This document shows, piece after piece, positions 59,657 through 64,000 of a stretch of 64,000 nt of DNA. Location: the NCBI GenBank assembly GCA_049651845.1, contig JBASCW010000052.1, positions 19,667 through 83,666 of the forward strand, written 5' to 3'. Both the position numbers and the translations under genes were made by a program. Positions within the stretch are counted from its first letter, which is position 1. Each line of letters begins with the position of its first letter. A model generated the notes under the pieces. The model was given only the letters and a program-made list of their open reading frames with translations. It was not told the origin of the DNA and searched no databases. The DNA comes from Burkholderiales bacterium. GTDB taxonomy: Bacteria; Pseudomonadota; Gammaproteobacteria; Burkholderiales; SG8-39.

Positions 59657-60619
59657 ATGGAACTTCGCAAACTGCTTGCGCTCGCCTTGGCGTGCGCGAT
59701 TGGCAGCGCCGCCCAGGCGCAGAGCTGGCCGCAGAAGCCGGTCAAGTTCATCGTGCCGTTCCCGCCCGGCGGCGCCACCGACATCTCGGCGCGCATGATC
59801 GGCCAGAAGCTGGGCGATATGTGGGGCCAGACGGTGGTCATCGAGAACCGCGGCGGTGCGGGCGGCGGCGTGGGCGCGGCCGAGGCGGCGAAGGCGGCGC
59901 CCGACGGCTATACGCTGTTCTTTCCCTCGGGTTCGGTGGTGACCGCGAACCAGCACATCTACGCCAAGATGAGCTACAACCCCGAGAAGGATTTCGTGCC
60001 CGTCACGAAAGCGGTCTCGGGCCCGCAAGTGCTCGTGGTGCCGGCCAATTCGCCGTACAAGAGCGTGAAGGAACTCATCGGCGCAGCGAAGGCGCAGCCG
60101 GGCAAGTTCACTTTTGGCCACGCTGGCATCGGCTCGCAGACGCACCTCGCGGCAGAGAACTTCGTGAATGCCGCCGCGATCGACGCGGTGCAGGTGCCCT
60201 ACAAGGGCGAGGGTCCGGCGCTGGTGGGCCTCGTGGGAGGGGACACCACCTTCGCGGTGACCAACGTCGCAGCGGCGATCGGCTACATCCAGTCCGGCCG
60301 CCTGCGCGCGCTCGGCGTGACCAGCAAGGCCGAGTTCCCGCAGCTGCCCGGCGTGCCGGCGATCGCGCAAACGCTGCCCGGGTTCGAGAACACCGGCTGG
60401 TTCGGCATCGTCGCGCCGACGGGGACGCCGAAGGAGATCATCCAGAAGGTCTACGAGGACACCAGGAAGGCGCTCGAGTCCACCGAGCTGAAGGCGCGGC
60501 TGTACGTGCAGGGTCTCGCCCCGGTGGGCAACACGCCCGAGGAAATGGGCCGCGCGATGAAGGAGGAGATTGCGCTCTGGGCGAGGGTGGTCAAGGAGCG
60601 CAAGATCAAGGTGCAATGA
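59657..60619 (+). CDS. Bug-family (TctC-like) periplasmic solute receptor
   Basis: A signal peptide is followed by WPQKPVKFIVPFPPGGATDISARMIGQKL...VVIENRGGAGG. Confidence 0.88.
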   Translation: MELRKLLALALACAIGSAAQAQSWPQKPVKFIVPFPPGGATDISARMIGQKLGDMWGQTVVIENRGGAGGGVGAAEAAKAAPDGYTLFFPSGSVVTANQHIYAKMSYNPEKDFVPVTKAVSGPQVLVVPANSPYKSVKELIGAAKAQPGKFTFGHAGIGSQTHLAAENFVNAAAIDAVQVPYKGEGPALVGLVGGDTTFAVTNVAAAIGYIQSGRLRALGVTSKAEFPQLPGVPAIAQTLPGFENTGWFGIVAPTGTPKEIIQKVYEDTRKALESTELKARLYVQGLAPVGNTPEEMGRAMKEEIALWARVVKERKIKVQ

Positions 60620-61491
60620 AGGTCGATCTGCAGCAGGTTGAGGAGGCGGCCAAGGAGCTGTACATCCGCGCGCTCAAGCTGCTGCCGCCCGACATCAAGC
60701 AGGGCTTCGGCCGGCTGCAGGCGGGCGAGAGCGACGCGGGCGCGCAGCGCATGCTCGGCACCATGGTGAGGAACATCGCCGTGGCCGAGGAGCGCGCGAG
60801 CCTGCTCTGCCAGGACACCGGTATCCCGATCTACAACGTGCGCATCGGCCGCGGCGTCGAGGTGGACGGCTTCGGCCTGCAGGAGGCGATCCGGCGCGGC
60901 TGCGCGCGCTCGACGCAGGAATACTCGTTCCGCTCCTCGATCGTGCACCCGACCACGCGCGTCAACGAGCAGACCTCGACCGGGCGCGGCGTGCCGGTGA
61001 TCCACCTCGAGTTCACGAAGCAGGAGGATTCCCTGGAAATCGAGATGATCCCCAAGGGCTCGGGCTCGGAGAACAACTCCTGGCTCAGGATGGCGATCCC
61101 GGCCGAGGGCATCGACGCGATCAAGACCTTCGTGATCGACTGCGTGCTGGAGGCGGGCGGCAAGACCTGCCCGCCGACCATCGTGGGCGTCGGGGTAGGC
61201 GGCACCGCGGACCTGTGCCTGCACCTTGCCAAGCTCGCCGCGACGCGGCCGCTCGGCTCGCACTGCGACGACCCGGAAGGCGCGAAGCTCGAGGAGGCGC
61301 TCACGCCGGCCGTGAACATGCTCGGCGTCGGCCCGCAGGGCCTGGGTGGCGACTCGACCGCCTTCGCGGTGCATGTCGAGACCGCGGCCACGCACATCAC
61401 CATGAACCCGGTGGCGGTGAACATGCAGTGCCATTCGGCGCGCCGCGCGCGGGCGACGTTCCGCCCCGGAGGGATCGAGTATGGTTTCTAG
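60616..61491 (+). CDS. Fe-S type hydro-lyase, alpha subunit (class I fumarate hydratase / L-tartrate dehydratase TtdA family)
   Basis: Has LCQDTGIPIY, IPKGSGSEN and CPPTIVGVGVGGT. These include the Cys ligand positions of the 4Fe-4S hydro-lyase family. Confidence 0.85.
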   Translation: MKVDLQQVEEAAKELYIRALKLLPPDIKQGFGRLQAGESDAGAQRMLGTMVRNIAVAEERASLLCQDTGIPIYNVRIGRGVEVDGFGLQEAIRRGCARSTQEYSFRSSIVHPTTRVNEQTSTGRGVPVIHLEFTKQEDSLEIEMIPKGSGSENNSWLRMAIPAEGIDAIKTFVIDCVLEAGGKTCPPTIVGVGVGGTADLCLHLAKLAATRPLGSHCDDPEGAKLEEALTPAVNMLGVGPQGLGGDSTAFAVHVETAATHITMNPVAVNMQCHSARRARATFRPGGIEYGF

Positions 61492-62056
61492 GGCGATTTT
61501 TCTTGGCTTTTTTCTGGCAGTCCTTTCCTTTCAGATTCGATCTGCGGAGATCTCCGGAATCAAGATCGAAGAAAAGGAAAAGCTGGCGAACACTGAGCTG
61601 ACGCTCAATGGCGCGGGCCTGCGCAAGCGCGTGTTCTTCCAGGTCTACGTGATCGGCCTGTACCTGCCCGAGAAAAAGGCCGCCGCAGCGGACGCGATCG
61701 CCGCGCCGGGACCCAAGCGCATCGCGATCCACATGCTGCGCGACGTCGACGCGGCGGAATTCGCCGGCGCCCTGACCGACGGCATGAAGCAGAACCTGAG
61801 CGAAGCGGAGATGAAGGCCTTCGAGCCGCGCATCAGGCGCCTGGTCGCGATCATGAGCGAGATGAAAGTCGCGAAGACGGGCATGCGCGTGACGCTCGAC
61901 TGGGCGGGCACGGGCACCCAGGTCACGGTCGAGGGCAAGCCGAGCGGCGCGCCGATCGAGGGCGAGGATTTCTACCGCGCGCTGCTGAAGATCTGGCTGG
62001 GCGAGCGCCCGGTGCAGGACGACCTGAAGAAGGCGCTGCTCGGAGAGAAATCCTGA
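61481..62056 (+). CDS. Chalcone-isomerase-like (Chalcone_3) family secreted protein
   Basis: Has a signal peptide (MVSRAIFLGFFLAVLSFQIRSA). LTLNGAGLRKRVFFQVYVIGLYLPEK and FYRALLKIWLGERPV match the bacterial CHI-like family as I recall it. It overlaps the alpha-subunit 3' end by 11 nt. Confidence 0.65.
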   Translation: MVSRAIFLGFFLAVLSFQIRSAEISGIKIEEKEKLANTELTLNGAGLRKRVFFQVYVIGLYLPEKKAAAADAIAAPGPKRIAIHMLRDVDAAEFAGALTDGMKQNLSEAEMKAFEPRIRRLVAIMSEMKVAKTGMRVTLDWAGTGTQVTVEGKPSGAPIEGEDFYRALLKIWLGERPVQDDLKKALLGEKS

Positions 62057-62058
62057 CC

Positions 62059-62670
62059 GTGGCGCACCACGAGCTGCACCCGCCGATCACCGAGGCCCAG
62101 GCGCGGGCGCTGCGCGTGAACGATACCGTCACGCTCGAGGGCACGCTCTACGGCATCCGCGACGCGACGCAGATCCACATGTTCGACCGCGGCCGCAAGA
62201 CGCGCTTCGACCTTGCCGGCTGCGCCGTCATCCACACCGCTCCCAATGTCGCGAAAGTGCCGGCGAGCGCCGCGCATCCCGCAGGGTATGCACCGACCTG
62301 CATCGGCACCACGACCAGCGACCGCATGGAGCGGTTCACCCGGCCGCTCCTGCAGCAGTGCGGCGTGCGTCTTGTGGTTGGAAAAGGGGGTCTAAGAGAA
62401 ACATCGTTAAAAGCATTTTCCGAGTTTGGCGGTGCCTACCTCGCGATCGTCGGCGGCGCGGCCGCGCTCGAGACCACCTGGGTCGAGGCGATCGAGGACG
62501 TGGACCTGGACGACCTGCACCCGGAGTCGCTGTGGAAGTTCCGCGTGCGCGGCTTCGGCCCGCTGGTGGTGGCGATGGACAGTCACGGCGGCAGCCTGTA
62601 TTCGAAGGTGAAGGGCGATGCCGCGCGGCGGCGCGCGCGGGCGCTCGCCAGCCTGGGCGTGAAGTCGTAA
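62059..62670 (+). CDS. Fe-S type hydro-lyase, beta subunit (fumarate hydratase C-terminal domain / TtdB family)
   Basis: GTG start. Has TLEGTLYGIRDATQ, TTSDRME, VGKGG and LWKFRVRGFGPLVVAMDSHG. Confidence 0.85.
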   Translation: MAHHELHPPITEAQARALRVNDTVTLEGTLYGIRDATQIHMFDRGRKTRFDLAGCAVIHTAPNVAKVPASAAHPAGYAPTCIGTTTSDRMERFTRPLLQQCGVRLVVGKGGLRETSLKAFSEFGGAYLAIVGGAAALETTWVEAIEDVDLDDLHPESLWKFRVRGFGPLVVAMDSHGGSLYSKVKGDAARRRARALASLGVKS

Positions 62671-62702
62671 TAGAATTCCCGTACAACAAAGGAGGAGTCA
62701 CC

Positions 62703-63653
62703 ATGTCCGTCACTCGCACCGTGTTTGCCTTGCTGCTTGCGCTCGCCGGCAGCGCACAGGCGCAGAACATCTCCATTGCCACCGGTGGCACGGGCGGCGT
62801 CTACTACCCGCTGGGCGGCGGCCTTGCGGCCGTGCTGTCGAAATATGTGCCGGGCATGCAGGCCACCGCCGAGGTGACCGGCGGCTCGGTCGCCAACATG
62901 CAGTTGATCGGAACCGGCAAGCCCTACATCGCCTTCACGCAGGCCGACGCGGCGATCGACGCGCTCAAGGGCCAGGACAAGTTCGCGGGCAAGCCGATTC
63001 CCGTGCGCACGCTCGCGGTGCTCTACCCGAACCGCATGCACGTGGTCTCGATCGAGGGCACCGGCGTCACCAAGATGGCGGACCTCAAGGGCAAGCGCGT
63101 GTCGACCGGCTCGGGCGGCAGCGCCACCGAAGTGTTCGCGTTCCGCGTCATCGAGGCCGCGGGCCTGGACAAGGACAAGGACATGAAGCGCGAGCGGCTC
63201 GGCGTGGCGGAGTCCGTGAACGCGCTCAAGGACCGCAAGATCGACGCTTTCTTCTGGGTCGGCGGCCTGCCGACGGCGGCGGTGACCGATCTGTCGAACT
63301 CTCCGGGCGTGAAGATCAAGATGATCGACATCGCGCACCTGGTGCCGGAGATGACCAAGAAGTACGGCAACATCTACATCAAGGACGTGATCCCGCAGCG
63401 CATATACAAGGGCATGGAGGCCGACAACCAGGCCGCCACGGTGACGAACCTGCTCGCGGTGCACGCGAACATGGACGACAAGCTGGCGTATACGATCACC
63501 AAGACGCTCTGGGAGCACCGCGTCGACCTGGTGCGCGTGCACGCCGAAGCGGTGAACATCAAGGAGGAGAACCAGAAGGCCGAGGCCTCGTCGATCCCCT
63601 GGCACCCCGGCGCGATCAAGTTCTTCGCGGAGAAGGGCATCAAGATCAAGTAG
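62703..63653 (+). CDS. TAXI-family TRAP transporter solute receptor
   Basis: A signal peptide is followed by ISIATGGTGGVYYPLGGGLAAVL, and the C-terminus has HPGAIKFFAEKG. A GGAGGAG Shine-Dalgarno precedes the ATG. Confidence 0.88.
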   Translation: MSVTRTVFALLLALAGSAQAQNISIATGGTGGVYYPLGGGLAAVLSKYVPGMQATAEVTGGSVANMQLIGTGKPYIAFTQADAAIDALKGQDKFAGKPIPVRTLAVLYPNRMHVVSIEGTGVTKMADLKGKRVSTGSGGSATEVFAFRVIEAAGLDKDKDMKRERLGVAESVNALKDRKIDAFFWVGGLPTAAVTDLSNSPGVKIKMIDIAHLVPEMTKKYGNIYIKDVIPQRIYKGMEADNQAATVTNLLAVHANMDDKLAYTITKTLWEHRVDLVRVHAEAVNIKEENQKAEASSIPWHPGAIKFFAEKGIKIK

Positions 63654-63706
63654 GAACAGGGGAACCCAGTTTCCCCCGTGCCCCCCTCCTGGCGCGCAAC
63701 GCGCAC

Positions 63707-63741
63707 GCCCCGTCCAGCAAGCTGGCGGGGCTTTTCATTTT
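63707..63741 (+). terminator. Intrinsic terminator/attenuator between the TAXI receptor and permease genes
   Basis: The stem is GCCCCG-t-CCAG..CTGG-CGGGGC, followed by TTTTCATTTT. Confidence 0.55.
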
Positions 63742-63750
63742 GAGAGATCG

Positions 63751-64000
63751 ATGAGCGACGACGTCACGCTGCTCCACAAGCCCGCCGCCGAAGTCAGCGC
63801 CGAAGCGCTCGAGCGCGCCGAGGCGATGATCGAGCGCGAAGAAGGCATTCACAACAAGCTCACGGGCTGGCTCGCCGCCTTCGTCGCCACGGTGGCGGTC
63901 GCGATGTCGCTGTTTCACCTCTACACCGCCTACGGCATCGTGCGCCCGGAGTACCTGCGCTCGACCCACCTCGCCTTCGTGCTGTTCCTGGTGTTCCTCA
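63751..64000 (+). CDS. TRAP transporter fused permease (TAXI-associated DctQM fusion), 3' end outside the window
   Basis: The ATG at 63751 opens a frame that runs to the window edge. MSDDVTLLHKP...IHNKLTGWLAAFVATVAVAMSLFHLYTAYGIV is the characteristic N-terminus of TAXI-type fused permeases. Confidence 0.75.
   Translation, partial: MSDDVTLLHKPAAEVSAEALERAEAMIEREEGIHNKLTGWLAAFVATVAVAMSLFHLYTAYGIVRPEYLRSTHLAFVLFLVFL

Overview
High-GC sequence (about 70% where I hand-counted) that looks like chromosomal DNA from a Burkholderiales-type betaproteobacterium. The cues are a cbb operon, three Bug/TctC-family receptors, and very frequent ATGA/GTGA start-stop overlaps. All calls come from reading the supplied ORF translations against remembered family motifs; no search tool was used.

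Layout:
- 1-11.7 kb: distal part of a Calvin-cycle cluster. Order is cbbX (5' truncated by the window edge), two tandem cbbY paralogues, cbbF, cbbP, cbbA, cbbT, cbbG, pgk, a TPR protein, pyk.
- 11.7-21.4 kb: a TetR gene, then a tightly coupled 10-gene catabolic/uptake operon of unknown substrate. It holds two xylose-isomerase-like TIM barrels, SnoaL-like, Bug receptor, Gfo/Idh/MocA, DUF993-like, TauD-type dioxygenase and TRAP DctPQM.
- 21.4-31.5 kb: assorted genes (SDR, CBS-BON, methyltransferase, lactonase-like amidohydrolase, 3-hydroxyacid dehydrogenase, second TRAP system, enolase-superfamily enzyme).
- 31.5-35.5 kb: a 3'-truncated FMN-dependent 2-hydroxyacid dehydrogenase remnant butting against a marR-emrA-emrB efflux module.
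- 35.6-39.4 kb: Zn-ADH, gluconolactonase-like, uronate dehydrogenase-like, HAD-IIA.
- 39.4-46.1 kb (minus strand): ABC ATPase, ABC-2 permease, GldG-like, DUF4340, then an EF-G-II-type paralogue. This block ends at a 91-nt nested perfect palindrome.
- 46.2-52.5 kb: tctCBA, class I aldolase, purC, purE, tsaC/sua5.
- 52.5-56 kb: lipoprotein, phoD plus a coupled secreted unknown, cytochrome c5.
- 56.1-64 kb: a 10-gene coupled operon followed by a TAXI-TRAP system. The operon holds split UxaA/SuyAB-like dehydratase, alpha/beta hydrolase, an SdhB-like Fe-S subunit with two small membrane anchors but no flavoprotein, a Bug receptor, and Fe-S hydro-lyase alpha and beta genes separated by a secreted chalcone-isomerase-like gene.

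I saw no rRNA or tRNA genes, CRISPR arrays, transposases, integrases or phage genes.

The most unusual items:
- the flavoprotein-less SdhB/anchor module
- the EF-G-II gene attached to the ABC-2/GldG/DUF4340 block
- the 91-nt palindrome that supplies the C-terminus of the HAD gene
- several reading frames separated from any usable start codon
- recurrent in-frame AT-rich, rare-codon patches inside otherwise GC-rich conserved genes

Most of the window is ordinary metabolism and transport.
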